Shown here piece by piece: positions 1-10,132 of a stretch of DNA of 32,000 nucleotides. Position 1 is the first letter of the stretch; each line of letters opens with the position of its first letter. Location: assembly GCA_023657465.1 (NCBI GenBank), contig JAGTJX010000003.1, positions 39,436-71,435 of the forward strand, read 5' to 3'. Under the pieces are notes generated by a model. It did not search any database. It was not told the origin of the DNA and saw only the letters and a list, made by a program, of their open reading frames with translations. The position numbers and the translations under genes are program-made. Origin of the DNA: Lysobacteraceae bacterium. GTDB lineage: Bacteria > Bdellovibrionota > UBA1018 > JAGTJX01.

Positions 1-792
1 CTCGCTTGGGAGAAAATTGGCTTCTCATTCTTCACGACTTCTCATTGGAATCCTGTAAAGCATCAATACGGAGTGGCAGCATTCGCGTGGGCCACACTCG
101 TGACCTCACTCCTAGCACTTCTGATTTCGACTCCACTCTCTCTAGCAGTCGCAGTGAGTGTGACTGAACTCATGAAGAAGCGCGCAGGTCGCGTATTTGG
201 ATTCTTCGTGGATATGCTGGCCGCAATCCCTAGCGTAGTCTACGGACTCTGGGGAATATTCGTACTCGTCCCACTCATGCGCACGCAAGTGCAGCCCTGG
301 TTGTTTGAGAACTTGGGATGGATAGGAATTTTCTCCGAAGTTCCATACGGAGTGGGGATCCTCACTGCATCGATCGTGCTTGCGATCATGATTCTACCCA
401 CGATGAGCTCATTGCTCAGGGAGGTATTCCAAACGATTCCACTCACTCAGAAAGAAGCAGCCCTGGGATTAGGCGCGACGAAGACGGAAATGATTTATCT
501 CTCTGTGGTGAAATCATCTAAGAGCTCGATCGTAGCTGCTATGGTTTTAGGCTTGGCGCGAGCACTGGGCGAAACAATGGCAGTTACTATGGTAATCGGC
601 AATCGTAACGACTGGATGAAGTCGATCTTCTCTCCCGCACAAACTATGGCATCACTCATCGCCAACGAATACGTCGAAGCTACTCATGATCTACACCTCT
701 CTGCATTGGCGCTGGTGGGCGTGACGTTGCTTATGATCTCATCTGTGATTCAACTCGTCTTCCGTGCGATTTATGCCAGAGGGAGGAAATAA
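1..792 (+). CDS. pstC: phosphate ABC transporter permease PstC (5' truncated by window edge)
   Basis: Reading frame is open from base 1 (LAWEKIGFSFFTTSHWNPVKHQYGVAAF...); binding-protein-dependent permease signature EAALGLGATKTEMIYLSVVKSSKSSIVAAMVLGLARALGETMAV; followed by pstA and pstB. Confidence 0.93.
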   Translation, partial: LAWEKIGFSFFTTSHWNPVKHQYGVAAFAWATLVTSLLALLISTPLSLAVAVSVTELMKKRAGRVFGFFVDMLAAIPSVVYGLWGIFVLVPLMRTQVQPWLFENLGWIGIFSEVPYGVGILTASIVLAIMILPTMSSLLREVFQTIPLTQKEAALGLGATKTEMIYLSVVKSSKSSIVAAMVLGLARALGETMAVTMVIGNRNDWMKSIFSPAQTMASLIANEYVEATHDLHLSALALVGVTLLMISSVIQLVFRAIYARGRK

Positions 793-794
793 AA

Positions 795-1637
795 ATGAAA
801 AGTAATTTCCGAAAAACTAAAGATCTATCACTTAAAGTGCTCTATATTATGGGGGTACTCATAGCAATTGCGCCACTCGTTTCTGTGCTCTGGACAGTCG
901 TCCGAGAAGGATATGGAGCACTGACTCCGACATTCTTCACGAATACACCTGCGCCAGTAGGCGAAGTAGGAGGAGGGATTGCGCATGCGATTATAGGAAG
1001 TTTTGTAGTTGTAGGGCTTGCATCAATCGTTGCAATTCCTTGGGGAATTATTCTTGGGATTGCGAGATCTGAGTTTCCTAAGACAATTACTGATAATATT
1101 TTAGGATTCGCGATTGATCTCTTCATGAGTATTCCGACATTATTAATCGGTTTGTTTGCTTATGGACTCATCGTCATGCGGATGAGAACATTCTCTGCTT
1201 GGTCGGGAGCGTTTGCTCTCATGCTCATTATGGTTCCACTCATTACGAAGACGACTGAAGAGATGTTGAAGCAGGTGCCACTCACAGTACGTGAAGCAGG
1301 ATTGGCCTTAGGATTACCGCGTTGGAAAGTGATTCTGCGAATCATTTTGCCGGGATCTATAGGGGCTGTGAGCTCAGGTGTTCTCCTAGCGTTGGCTAGA
1401 ATATCAGGTGAAACCGCTCCCTTGCTGTTTACAGCATTTGGTATGAGGACTTTCTCACAATCACTCTCCGAACCCATTGCAACACTACCCGTTCAAATTT
1501 ATACCTATTCCATCTCGCCTTATGATGAGTGGAGATCACAGAGTTGGGGAGCGGCTCTGGTGTTAGTGATGTTGGCTCTAGTTGTGAATGGGGTGACTCG
1601 AGCATTAATCGGTTCCCGAACCAGAGGTAAAAAATGA
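795..1637 (+). CDS. pstA: phosphate ABC transporter permease PstA
   Basis: Permease motif [48 protein letters not shown]; position between pstC and pstB. Confidence 0.95.
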   Translation: MKSNFRKTKDLSLKVLYIMGVLIAIAPLVSVLWTVVREGYGALTPTFFTNTPAPVGEVGGGIAHAIIGSFVVVGLASIVAIPWGIILGIARSEFPKTITDNILGFAIDLFMSIPTLLIGLFAYGLIVMRMRTFSAWSGAFALMLIMVPLITKTTEEMLKQVPLTVREAGLALGLPRWKVILRIILPGSIGAVSSGVLLALARISGETAPLLFTAFGMRTFSQSLSEPIATLPVQIYTYSISPYDEWRSQSWGAALVLVMLALVVNGVTRALIGSRTRGKK

Positions 1638-2410
1638 GCGCTGAATTTACACCATCTCCCATCCTTCAAGTTGAGAACGTCAATGCGTACTTCTCAGGTT
1701 TCCATGCGGTGAAGAATATTTCTCTGGCGGTTCCTGAACATCAAGTCACTGCACTTATTGGACCCTCAGGTTGCGGTAAGTCCACATTCATCAGATCACT
1801 CAATCGTCTTCACGAAGAAACTGAAGGTGCTACGCTGACAGGTGAAGTGAGACTAGCTGGAAAAAATATTTATACTCCAGGAGTCGATCCTGTTGAGATC
1901 AGGCGTCAAATCGGAATGGTTTTTCAGAAAGCAAATCCATTCCCAGGCATGTCGATTTATGAAAACGTTGCTGTGGGGCTCACACTCCAAGGTGGATTCT
2001 CAAAAGTCGAAATTGAAAACCGAGTGGAGAAGGCACTTCGTTCATCCGCACTCTGGGATGAAGTGAAAGACAAGTTGAAGAAGCCAGGTACTTCGCTCTC
2101 GGGTGGTCAGAGTCAGCGTCTGTGTATCGCACGTGCTCTTGCAGTGGAGCCTAAGGTGATTCTGATGGATGAGCCGACTTCAGCTCTTGATCCGATTTCT
2201 ACAGCACGCATTGAAGAACTTATTTTTGAACTGAAGAAACAAACCACAGTTGTGATCGTCACGCATAATATGCAGCAGGCAGCGAGGGTTTCAGATTTTA
2301 CAGCGTTCTTCCTCATGGGAGAGCTCATTGAGATGGGGATCACGAAGACGATATTCACTAATCCTAAAGAGCGACAAACTGAACACTACATCACAGGGAG
2401 GTTCGGATGA
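1634..2410 (+). CDS. pstB: phosphate ABC transporter ATP-binding protein PstB
   Basis: Walker [10 protein letters not shown], signature [16 protein letters not shown], Walker [14 protein letters not shown]; [14 protein letters not shown] start typical of PstB; 4-nt overlap with pstA. Confidence 0.97.
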   Translation: MSAEFTPSPILQVENVNAYFSGFHAVKNISLAVPEHQVTALIGPSGCGKSTFIRSLNRLHEETEGATLTGEVRLAGKNIYTPGVDPVEIRRQIGMVFQKANPFPGMSIYENVAVGLTLQGGFSKVEIENRVEKALRSSALWDEVKDKLKKPGTSLSGGQSQRLCIARALAVEPKVILMDEPTSALDPISTARIEELIFELKKQTTVVIVTHNMQQAARVSDFTAFFLMGELIEMGITKTIFTNPKERQTEHYITGRFG

Positions 2411-3108
2411 GTACAAATGGAAAGATCCTGATTGTAGAAGATGAATCCGATATTCGTGATCTCATGATGCTTCACTTAACCCGAGCAGGATATGAGTGCC
2501 TGGGGTTTTCTGAAGTCGGTGGATCGTTGGATAATATTAAGACAGGCGATATCTCTCTTGCGATTGTAGATTGGATGTTACCCGATATCAGCGGCTTAGA
2601 ACTCATTCGCCAAATTCGTAGGGTGAAGACTTCAGATGCACTTGGAGTTCTCATGGTCACTGCTAAGGGTGAACCCTCGGATGTGATCTTAGGTCTTGAA
2701 GTAGGAGCTGATGATTATCTTATTAAGCCGTTTGATGTTCAGGTGCTCACAGCTCGTGTTCGGGCACTCATGCGAAGGATTTCTGTTTCGAAGGAAGTGG
2801 CGTCACATCCTAAGTCTATTCTCACGTTGGGAAAACTTTCACTCAACACAGATTCATTCGAAGCGACAATCGACGGCGAGAAGGTGCCTCTGACCAAGAG
2901 CGAGTTCATGCTTCTCCAAGTATTACTAGAGAACCGAGGCAAGGTGCTATCGCGTGAAAAGCTCATGGATTGTATCCAGGGCGAAGGAGTGAACACAGTA
3001 GATCGCGTAATCGATACGCACGTCTTCGGACTGCGCAAGAAAATCGGTGAAGTCGCAGATCAGATTGAAACCGTACGAGGCATTGGTTATCGGGTGAAGT
3101 GGGAATGA
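2407..3108 (+). CDS. phoB: PhoB/OmpR-family response regulator
   Basis: Receiver domain ([24 protein letters not shown] in VTAKGEPSD) plus winged-helix C-terminus ([27 protein letters not shown]...[13 protein letters not shown]); directly follows pstB. Confidence 0.9.
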   Translation: MSTNGKILIVEDESDIRDLMMLHLTRAGYECLGFSEVGGSLDNIKTGDISLAIVDWMLPDISGLELIRQIRRVKTSDALGVLMVTAKGEPSDVILGLEVGADDYLIKPFDVQVLTARVRALMRRISVSKEVASHPKSILTLGKLSLNTDSFEATIDGEKVPLTKSEFMLLQVLLENRGKVLSREKLMDCIQGEGVNTVDRVIDTHVFGLRKKIGEVADQIETVRGIGYRVKWE

Positions 3109-4235
3109 GTTGGTTAAGTCGCGACTCCTCTCGTGAGAAAATCATTCACACTCTCAAATCCTGGACTCCAGGTGAGCCACTTCCTGTAGCAGAAATTCCT
3201 GAACTAGAAGAATGGTTCAAGCGGATCAATCAAATTGCATTGGGAGAGAAGGATCTCTGGCAGGGCATCTTAAATGCACAGCCTGATCCTGCGTGTTTAC
3301 TAAGCTTAGTAGGTAAAATCGAAGCGAAGAATCATAAATTCAAAGATAAATTCGGAGAAGGCAAGCGCATTGAGGATTCTGTGCGTGATCCAAAGGTTCT
3401 TGAGACTGTAGAAGGCGTACGCAAAGGATCGATAGGCGCTTCATCCAAGATCGAAGTCAAAATTTCTGAGAGATTCTATAAACTACGGGTCTCTCGCCTT
3501 GAGGCGTATGTTTATTGTGTGTTTCAGGATCAGACGGATCTCAAACATGCGATTGAAGACAGATCTCAGTTACTGAGTGATATCGCACACGAGTTACGTA
3601 CACCACTTACAGCCATCTTGGGTTTCAGTCAGACATTGAAGCAAGATCTGAAGACGACGCCGATCGAAGAGTGTGCGTCGTTCATCGAAATCATCGCACG
3701 AAACGCTGAGAGATTAGGGGTTCTGGTTAATGAGTTCTTAGATCTCACCAGGCTCGAATCCAATGCGTTTAAAATCAACCGTGAAGTGGTCGGAGTAGAG
3801 TTACTCTGTGCTCAGGTGCTTGATCAGTTGCGTTTCGCAATCGATGAAAAGATAATCGACCTACGGATCGATCTTCAGGTGAAGTCTCTCTCTGTGGACA
3901 AGGCTCTTTTTGAACGTGCGTTTCGCAATGTGATTGAGAATGCGATTAAGTATTCTCCTCCTAAGAGCAAGATGGAGATTAGATTTAAGGCTACGTCTGG
4001 TGGATTGCGAGTTGAAGTTCAAGATGAAGGTCCAGGGATTGCTAAGGAGTTCCAAGAGCGGATCTTCGATCGCTTCTTCCGTATTGAGACTTCCAGGGCG
4101 CGCGATCAAAAGATCAGTGGATCCGGACTTGGCTTGGCTCTCGTGAAGCGTATCGTGCAAGCTCATGGTGGCACAGTCGGTGTGGAGAGTGAACTTGGTC
4201 AGGGTTCGCTGTTCTGGATTGAGCTTAGGAGCTAG
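3099..4235 (+). CDS. PhoR-like sensor histidine kinase without obvious transmembrane segments (start probably 3105)
   Basis: H-box SDIAHELRTPLTAILGFSQTLK, N-box IENAIKYSPP, G-boxes DEGPGIAKEF and GSGLGLALVKRIV; overlaps the regulator gene. Confidence 0.88.
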   Translation: MGMSWLSRDSSREKIIHTLKSWTPGEPLPVAEIPELEEWFKRINQIALGEKDLWQGILNAQPDPACLLSLVGKIEAKNHKFKDKFGEGKRIEDSVRDPKVLETVEGVRKGSIGASSKIEVKISERFYKLRVSRLEAYVYCVFQDQTDLKHAIEDRSQLLSDIAHELRTPLTAILGFSQTLKQDLKTTPIEECASFIEIIARNAERLGVLVNEFLDLTRLESNAFKINREVVGVELLCAQVLDQLRFAIDEKIIDLRIDLQVKSLSVDKALFERAFRNVIENAIKYSPPKSKMEIRFKATSGGLRVEVQDEGPGIAKEFQERIFDRFFRIETSRARDQKISGSGLGLALVKRIVQAHGGTVGVESELGQGSLFWIELRS

Positions 4236-4268
4236 TTTTTAAAATCAACGCTCTCACTCCCTTATCAC

Positions 4269-4372
4269 GTTGTGGCATGAATGTGGCATCACTCAGTTAA
4301 ATTTTATAAGCACTTGAATAGAAATTCGCCAGGACTATTGCGCCTGTAAACGTGCCACATTCATGCCACAAC
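4269..4372. repeat. 20-nt perfect inverted repeat (arms 4269-4288 and 4353-4372)
   Basis: gttgtggcatgaatgtggca ... tgccacattcatgccacaac, 64-nt spacer, in the convergent intergenic space. Confidence 0.9.
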
Positions 4373-4412
4373 CTGAAAAAAGAGAAGATGCTTTATAAAA
4401 TCCAAGTGAGTT

Positions 4413-5606
4413 CTATTTAATTTTATTTAAAAACGATTCACGCTGTTCAGGATGAAGCTTCAGTCTCTGCTTCACAGCTTCTGCGAGATCTTCAAGCTCA
4501 GGAATTCCTGTCTTCATTGGCGCGCTTGCGCCACCTGATTTCAAATCACGAATGAGCTGATCTCGCTCAAGGAGTTGTTTCTGAAGAGACTGGATTTTAG
4601 ATTCGCTGCCTTTTGCGACGGGTGTATCTCCCATGTGAAGGAGCGTGATCTCAGGAAGTGAGCGATAACCGCTCTCAGTTTTAGAAATAAGAAGAGGCTC
4701 TTCTGCAAGAAGTTCTGAACCCACAGGTTCAAGCCAGATCGCACGAACGATAGGTGCAGTCATTCGCTCAGAAGGTTTAGTGCTCATGAAGATGAGTGTG
4801 ATCTCAAGTTGGTGAGGGGTAGATGACCACTGAACCCGCATGAAATCTGAGTACCTGGAAGCCGTACGTATTGGTGAGAGACCAGACTTAGTCTTAAGCC
4901 AGAAGGACTGAATGGTTTCATTATGTGGTGGAGTTGCAAGGTGAGTTCCGACTCTCACGACTGCTGTCTCAGAATCACAGGCGAAGTGGACGAAGGGGTT
5001 GCCAGATTTGCTCACTTCTGTAGAGAAAAGAAAATCCTTCACGCCATCAATTGCAGTTGCGATTGCGTGTCTGCGTTCTTTCCAAGGTCCTGCAAACTCT
5101 TGAAGCTCAAACCAACCCTCAGTCATGAGTGAGGTGTGTTCCTTGCCATTCCATTCATAGAAGTAGATGGGGGTTCCTGCGCGGAGTAGCGGCTTGATCC
5201 CTGTGCGAGTCTTGGGGGTGATCAGTGCAGAGATGAGATTTAAATTCTCAAGAGGAGTGTACTTCGTGAGATCGAATAAATAAAATCTTGGATAATCCGG
5301 AAGATCTGGAATGTTCTTGGGATCGATGACTTCTACTGAATATGCAGCGACTGTGGGTCCAGTGTCACGTGTGAGGCCGTAATACCCTTCGACCTTCTTC
5401 CAAGCAAGATACTTGTACCAAGGGAGCATGACGAGTGCGAACTTGCCCTTCTCCATGAGCTCGACTACAGATTCTTGAGAAAGTGTGCCGTCTATGGTTT
5501 GAACATCGATCGTGGGTTTCAGTGTAGCAATGACCTTAGCGACCGTCTTCGCTGATTCTCCGTCAAGCCTTTCGTCTAGTACCCAGGCGATGATTGGGCG
5601 TTTCAT
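4413..5606 (-). CDS. conserved-looking hypothetical protein with C-terminal coiled-coil-like segment
   Basis: 397-aa ORF MKRPIIAWVLDERLDGESAKTVAKVIATL..., 4-nt overlap with metG; no family recognised. Confidence 0.75.
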   Translation of the reverse strand: MKRPIIAWVLDERLDGESAKTVAKVIATLKPTIDVQTIDGTLSQESVVELMEKGKFALVMLPWYKYLAWKKVEGYYGLTRDTGPTVAAYSVEVIDPKNIPDLPDYPRFYLFDLTKYTPLENLNLISALITPKTRTGIKPLLRAGTPIYFYEWNGKEHTSLMTEGWFELQEFAGPWKERRHAIATAIDGVKDFLFSTEVSKSGNPFVHFACDSETAVVRVGTHLATPPHNETIQSFWLKTKSGLSPIRTASRYSDFMRVQWSSTPHQLEITLIFMSTKPSERMTAPIVRAIWLEPVGSELLAEEPLLISKTESGYRSLPEITLLHMGDTPVAKGSESKIQSLQKQLLERDQLIRDLKSGGASAPMKTGIPELEDLAEAVKQRLKLHPEQRESFLNKIK

Positions 5607-7159
5607 GCTTCAGCTTTCGGAAGTTCAACACGCATGAAGAGCGGAGCTTCGTTTGCAATCACGGTTCCTGGTTTGAGCGCCAAAAACTTTGAAGCTTCTG
5701 ACCAAGCACCGCTTGTACCACCTAGGCGCTTGAGTAATTCTTCGCACTTCGTAGGCATCACAGGAGTGAGGAGGATCGCTGCGATGCGCACACACTCAAG
5801 CGATATAGTGAGAGTTTCACCTGCATGAGGAAGATCAGTCTTAGCCATCTTCCAAGGTTCGCGATCAGCCAAGTACTGATTCGCATTGGTAAGCATATCG
5901 ATCACCACACCTAAAGCTTCTTGTAGTTCGTTCGATGCAAGGTGTGCTTCGAGTTTAGTGTGAGTGGAAAGTGCTACAGCTTTCAGGGCTTCAGACTTCT
6001 CAGAGAGTTTCTCTACGACTGGAAGCTGGCCGCCAAAGTACTTCGCAATCAGGCTGCAAGTACGACTGAGAAGATTACCGAAGTTATTGGAGAGTTCACT
6101 GTTCACCCTATTAATCACAAGTTCGATTGAGAATTGAGAATCATTGCCGAGACGAACATCTCTGGAGAGGAAGTATCTGAGAGCATCCACTCCGATGATG
6201 TTTTTCACATCGAGAGGCTTCACGACTGTGCCTTTGGACTTAGACATTTTCTCGTTACTTTGGGTCAACCACCAGCCATGAGCATAGATTGTACGTGGAA
6301 GCTCAAGACCTAAGGCCATGAGCATTGTTGGCCAATAGACCGAGTGAGTGGTGAGGATGTCCTTGCCGAGTAAGTGCATGACGGGGCTAGGGGACGCGTT
6401 CCACCACTTCTTGAACTCATCAGTCTTTCCAGATTGTTTGAGTCCCACACCAGTTGCGTAGTTCAAGAGAGCATCAAACCAAACATAGGTGACATAGTCG
6501 CGATCAAACGGAAGTTCAATTCCCCAAGAGAGTCTACTCTTAGGACGAGAGATACAGAGATCGTTCAGTGGCTGGCGTAAGAATCCCAAAACTTCGTTCT
6601 TACGGTATGAAGGCTCAATGAAACCAGGATTCTTTTCAATATGTGAGATCAAGCGCTCTTGATACTTAGACATTTTGAAGAAGTAATTCTTCTCAGTAAT
6701 CTTGGTGACTTCTGTTCCGGTGGGAGCTTTTCCATCCACGAGATCTTTCTCGGTGTAGAATATCTCATCGGCTTGTGCGTACCAGCCTTCGTATTCCTTG
6801 GTGTAGATTTCGCCCGCATCATGGAGTTGGCTTAAACAATCTTGGACAGCCTTCTTGTGAAATGAATCGGTTGTGCGAAAGAAGATGTCGTTACTGATAT
6901 TGAGTTCTTTCCAAATCGCGCGGAAGTTCTCAGCCATCTCATCGCAATGCTTCTTAGGATCGAGTCCTCGCTTCTCAGCTGCGGCCTGAACTTTCTGTCC
7001 ATGCTCGTCGACACCCGTGAGAAACAGAGTCGGAACACCCATGAGCCTGTGATAGCGAGCTAGCACGTCTGCCACGACAGTGCAGTACGCATGTCCAATA
7101 TGTGGGATGTCGTTCACGTAGTAGATCGGGGTGGTGATGTAGAAGGGTGCCTTGCTCAT
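5603..7159 (-). CDS. metG: methionyl-tRNA synthetase
   Basis: MSKAPFYITTPIYYVNDIPHIGHAYCTVVADVLARYHRLMG (HIGH), KMSKSKGTVVKP (KMSKS). The ORF extends to 7225 but the internal ATG at 7159 matches the expected N-terminus. Confidence 0.96.
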   Translation of the reverse strand: MSKAPFYITTPIYYVNDIPHIGHAYCTVVADVLARYHRLMGVPTLFLTGVDEHGQKVQAAAEKRGLDPKKHCDEMAENFRAIWKELNISNDIFFRTTDSFHKKAVQDCLSQLHDAGEIYTKEYEGWYAQADEIFYTEKDLVDGKAPTGTEVTKITEKNYFFKMSKYQERLISHIEKNPGFIEPSYRKNEVLGFLRQPLNDLCISRPKSRLSWGIELPFDRDYVTYVWFDALLNYATGVGLKQSGKTDEFKKWWNASPSPVMHLLGKDILTTHSVYWPTMLMALGLELPRTIYAHGWWLTQSNEKMSKSKGTVVKPLDVKNIIGVDALRYFLSRDVRLGNDSQFSIELVINRVNSELSNNFGNLLSRTCSLIAKYFGGQLPVVEKLSEKSEALKAVALSTHTKLEAHLASNELQEALGVVIDMLTNANQYLADREPWKMAKTDLPHAGETLTISLECVRIAAILLTPVMPTKCEELLKRLGGTSGAWSEASKFLALKPGTVIANEAPLFMRVELPKAEA

Positions 7160-7221
7160 GTCAGAACAGGTTATCACAAAGGGAGCACAGCGCGAAATAG
7201 CATTGCTATTCCCCAAAGGGC

Positions 7222-8283
7222 TCACTCGTGAGCTGTAAAGGAGCTCTGGCCGTATACGAAATAATAGATTTCGCTCACAATGACTTTAAGCGCTGTAGCA
7301 ATCGGAATCGAAATGAGCATTCCGATGAGTCCGTAATATTCCTGACCGATCATGACGACACCAATCAGAAGGAGCGGGTGCAGGTTCACAAGTTTCGCAA
7401 CAAGTAATGGGAAAATCAGTACAGTATCGACGACGTTAGCGATGAGATAGATCGCAACCACTGGCCACAGTAAGTGCTGATACTCAGGTGCGGCTGCGAC
7501 GATAAGAATTCCTGGGATTGCGCCGAAGAGTGGACCCACGTAAGGAACGATGTTCGTCACTCCTGCAATGCCCGCTAGCACTAATGCATAAGGCGCATCT
7601 ATGATTCCTAAGCCTACAGCGGTGATGATACCTACGAGGAGTGCCTCTACAAGTTTTGCACGGATGTAATCGCTAAGCGATGCCGTGATTTGGTGAGAGA
7701 CCATGAAGGTCGTCTCGAAGAAACGATTGGGTACCAATTCATAGAAGCGCTTACGGAATCTGCGGCCGTCTTTCAGTAACACGAAGCTAATAATAGGAAC
7801 TAAGAAGAGGAGAGTGAGTATGTTGCCTAGCATTCCAGCGCCATGTGAAAGGAACCAGCCTGTGGTTTTGTCTTTGAATACCTTAAGAGAGTCTGCAATC
7901 TGAACGCTCTTAAGAAACGGATACTGATCCTTCCATCCTTGTTCGTAAGTTTCTAAACGCTTCAGTGTACTATCGAAGTACTGAGGAGCAGACACAGAGA
8001 ATTCATCCCACTGAGAAATAAGGGATACTGAGCCCAAGTAAGCTCCCATACCTAATCCACTCACAAGTAATATATAGATCACAGTGAGTGCGCTCGATCT
8101 GGAATATCCCTTACGCTCAACTGCAGAGACGACAGGGGTCAGAAGAATTGAGAAAACAATAGAGAGAAGTACGGCAGTACCTAAGCTCGGTGTTTGTGCA
8201 AGTAGCACAAACGTCAGCACTGTCATCGCTAGGATGAACAGGATTTTGAAAACGTCGCTTTTACTTATTCCTGAGTTTTTCAT
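7222..8283 (-). CDS. AI-2E family transporter / PerM-like permease
   Basis: Multi-pass protein with GIIDAPYALVLAGIAGVTNIVPYVGPLFGAIPGILI and HPLLLIGVVMIGQEYYGLIGMLISIPIATALKVI, typical of the family. Confidence 0.88.
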   Translation of the reverse strand: MKNSGISKSDVFKILFILAMTVLTFVLLAQTPSLGTAVLLSIVFSILLTPVVSAVERKGYSRSSALTVIYILLVSGLGMGAYLGSVSLISQWDEFSVSAPQYFDSTLKRLETYEQGWKDQYPFLKSVQIADSLKVFKDKTTGWFLSHGAGMLGNILTLLFLVPIISFVLLKDGRRFRKRFYELVPNRFFETTFMVSHQITASLSDYIRAKLVEALLVGIITAVGLGIIDAPYALVLAGIAGVTNIVPYVGPLFGAIPGILIVAAAPEYQHLLWPVVAIYLIANVVDTVLIFPLLVAKLVNLHPLLLIGVVMIGQEYYGLIGMLISIPIATALKVIVSEIYYFVYGQSSFTAHE

Positions 8284-8794
8284 TTTCGAGCTCTGAGATT
8301 CTATCGGTGGTTTCTACGAGTCTCTGACCCAAGACTTGGGCGAGTTGAAGTAAGATTTTGATTCCCATGTTGGGTTTGCGTTCGATGATCTCCATGAGAT
8401 CGGGCTTGAAAAGTCCAATGAGTGTACAAGGTTCAATCGCAGTAGCTGAAGCAGATCTAAGAGCTTCCGTATCGATGAGTGAGAGCTCTCCGAAGAATTC
8501 ACCCTTACTTAATGTGAGAATATAATCTGAGGGTGTGCCGGTGTGCTCTTGTTTGATCCCGATTAAGCCTCGAGTGATGATGTACATTCCGAAGCCACGG
8601 TCGTTTTGTTTGAAGATGTTTTCATTCGCTTCGTAGGTGCGCTCATAGACGAAGTTGGAGAGATAGATGAGTTCTTTATTGTTGAGAGTAGAGAAGAGCA
8701 AGTTTTCTTTTAAGAGATCAATCGTTCCTGCAGATTTGTTTTTCTTCGGGTTGAAAAACTGAGCCCAAAGGATGGATTTGGAAGGAGAGCTCAT
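8261..8794 (-). CDS. cyclic-nucleotide-binding domain (Crp-like) protein without obvious DNA-binding domain
   Basis: IFKQNDRGFGMYIITRGLIGI...LSKGEFFGELSLIDTEALRSASATAIEPCTLIGL matches the cNMP-binding fold signature. Confidence 0.85.
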   Translation of the reverse strand: MSSPSKSILWAQFFNPKKNKSAGTIDLLKENLLFSTLNNKELIYLSNFVYERTYEANENIFKQNDRGFGMYIITRGLIGIKQEHTGTPSDYILTLSKGEFFGELSLIDTEALRSASATAIEPCTLIGLFKPDLMEIIERKPNMGIKILLQLAQVLGQRLVETTDRISELENEKLRNK

Positions 8795-9166
8795 TTAGGT
8801 TTGACCTACTTTTTGTGAAAACTCATTCCAGTAATTCTTCATCTCGATACACTCATTCTCATCGAGGAGATAGGAATGAGTGAGTTTGATTTGTGTGAGA
8901 TTCTCGTTTTGCTTTTCTAGCACTTGGGTTGTGCTCTTTGGAAGTGAGGATTTCCAGAGGGTTTTGAGCTCGTTTGGGCTTAAGTTTGAGTCAAACTCGA
9001 GGCTGATTTGCTCTCCAGAACCACCAAATTCAACAGTCAGGCGGGAAGACGTGTCCATAAATGTCGTTTCGGCGCGTTGCTGGTCGAACATTACAGGAAT
9101 TCTAGCTCCGACGCATGCTGTCAGTCCTTGACGATCTGCAGGCTTTACTGCTAAACGGGTAGTCAC
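8795..9166 (-). CDS. hypothetical protein
   Basis: 123-aa ORF abutting the cNMP-binding gene on the same strand. Confidence 0.6.
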   Translation of the reverse strand: MTTRLAVKPADRQGLTACVGARIPVMFDQQRAETTFMDTSSRLTVEFGGSGEQISLEFDSNLSPNELKTLWKSSLPKSTTQVLEKQNENLTQIKLTHSYLLDENECIEMKNYWNEFSQKVGQT

Positions 9167-9195
9167 TTAAAGAAATTAAAAGGAAGGTCTCTATA

Positions 9196-9438
9196 ATGGT
9201 TACGATTCGTTTGATGCGTCAGGGTGCAAAGAAAGCTCCACAATATATGATTGTTGCGGTTAACAAGCGCGGCAAGCGTGACGGTGGCTACCTTGAGAAA
9301 TTGGGCTATTACTTCCCAAAAGCGAAGACCAAAGCAGAGAAACTCAAAATCAATGCTGAAGCAGTTCATTCTTGGCTTAAAAAGGGTGCACAGCCTTCAC
9401 AGACTGTTTCTGAGCTCATTGTTGACCTAGCTAAGTAA
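9196..9438 (+). CDS. rpsP: 30S ribosomal protein S16
   Basis: MVTIRLMRQGAKKAPQYMIVAVNKRGKRDGGYLEKLGYYFP; Shine-Dalgarno-like aaaggaagg upstream. Confidence 0.96.
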   Translation: MVTIRLMRQGAKKAPQYMIVAVNKRGKRDGGYLEKLGYYFPKAKTKAEKLKINAEAVHSWLKKGAQPSQTVSELIVDLAK

Positions 9439-9442
9439 ATAA

Positions 9443-10132
9443 GTGTCCTTTAAAATCAGTGTATTAACGCTTTTCCCTGAAGTCTTTCGTGAGACTCTAA
9501 GCGCAAGCTTGATTGGCAAGGCCATCAAGAATCAGCATCTCGATATTGAAATCATTCAAATTAGAGACTCTGCGACCGACAGACATCGTTCGGTTGACGA
9601 TACTCCCTATGGCGGAGGAGAAGGCATGCTCATGCGTGCTGACGTTCTCTACAACGCTTGGAAGAGTATGGTTCCCGAGAAGTCGGGTGCAGTTAAAACG
9701 ATTATGCTCTCGCCCCAGGGGACGCTATTGACACAGGAAATTGCTAAGAGCTGGATGATACCTGTGCCTCAGTTTGAACATTTGGTTCTCGTGTGCGGCC
9801 ATTACGAAGGCGTCGATGAGAGATTCATCGAGCTCTGTGTGGATCAAGAGATCTCAGTTGGCGATTATGTTTGTACGGGTGGTGAGTTCCCCGCACTCAT
9901 CCTTATTGATGTCCTCTCAAGACTCATTCCTGGAGTAGTCAAGAATCCCGACTCAGTTTCAAATGATAGCTTTGAAGGAGGACTGCTTAAGTACCCTCAG
10001 TACACGAAACCTCAGACCTTCAAAGGACTCTCAGTCCCTGAAGTACTGCTCTCTGGAGATCACGCGAAGATCGCTACTTTCCGCGCGGAAGAATCTAGGA
10101 AACGAACGAAGAAGAAGCGTCCCGATCTATGA
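9443..10132 (+). CDS. trmD: tRNA (guanine-N1)-methyltransferase
   Basis: MSFKISVLTLFPEVF..., DDTPYGGGEGMLM, LVCGHYEGVDERFIE, ISVGDYVCTGGEFPALILIDVLSRLIPGV. Confidence 0.97.
   Translation: MSFKISVLTLFPEVFRETLSASLIGKAIKNQHLDIEIIQIRDSATDRHRSVDDTPYGGGEGMLMRADVLYNAWKSMVPEKSGAVKTIMLSPQGTLLTQEIAKSWMIPVPQFEHLVLVCGHYEGVDERFIELCVDQEISVGDYVCTGGEFPALILIDVLSRLIPGVVKNPDSVSNDSFEGGLLKYPQYTKPQTFKGLSVPEVLLSGDHAKIATFRAEESRKRTKKKRPDL

Noticed and set aside
9438-9443. Missing rimM/KH-domain gene between rpsP and trmD as a novel feature
   Set aside because: rpsP and trmD are only 4 nt apart and this operon varies between lineages; without the whole genome the absence cannot be interpreted.
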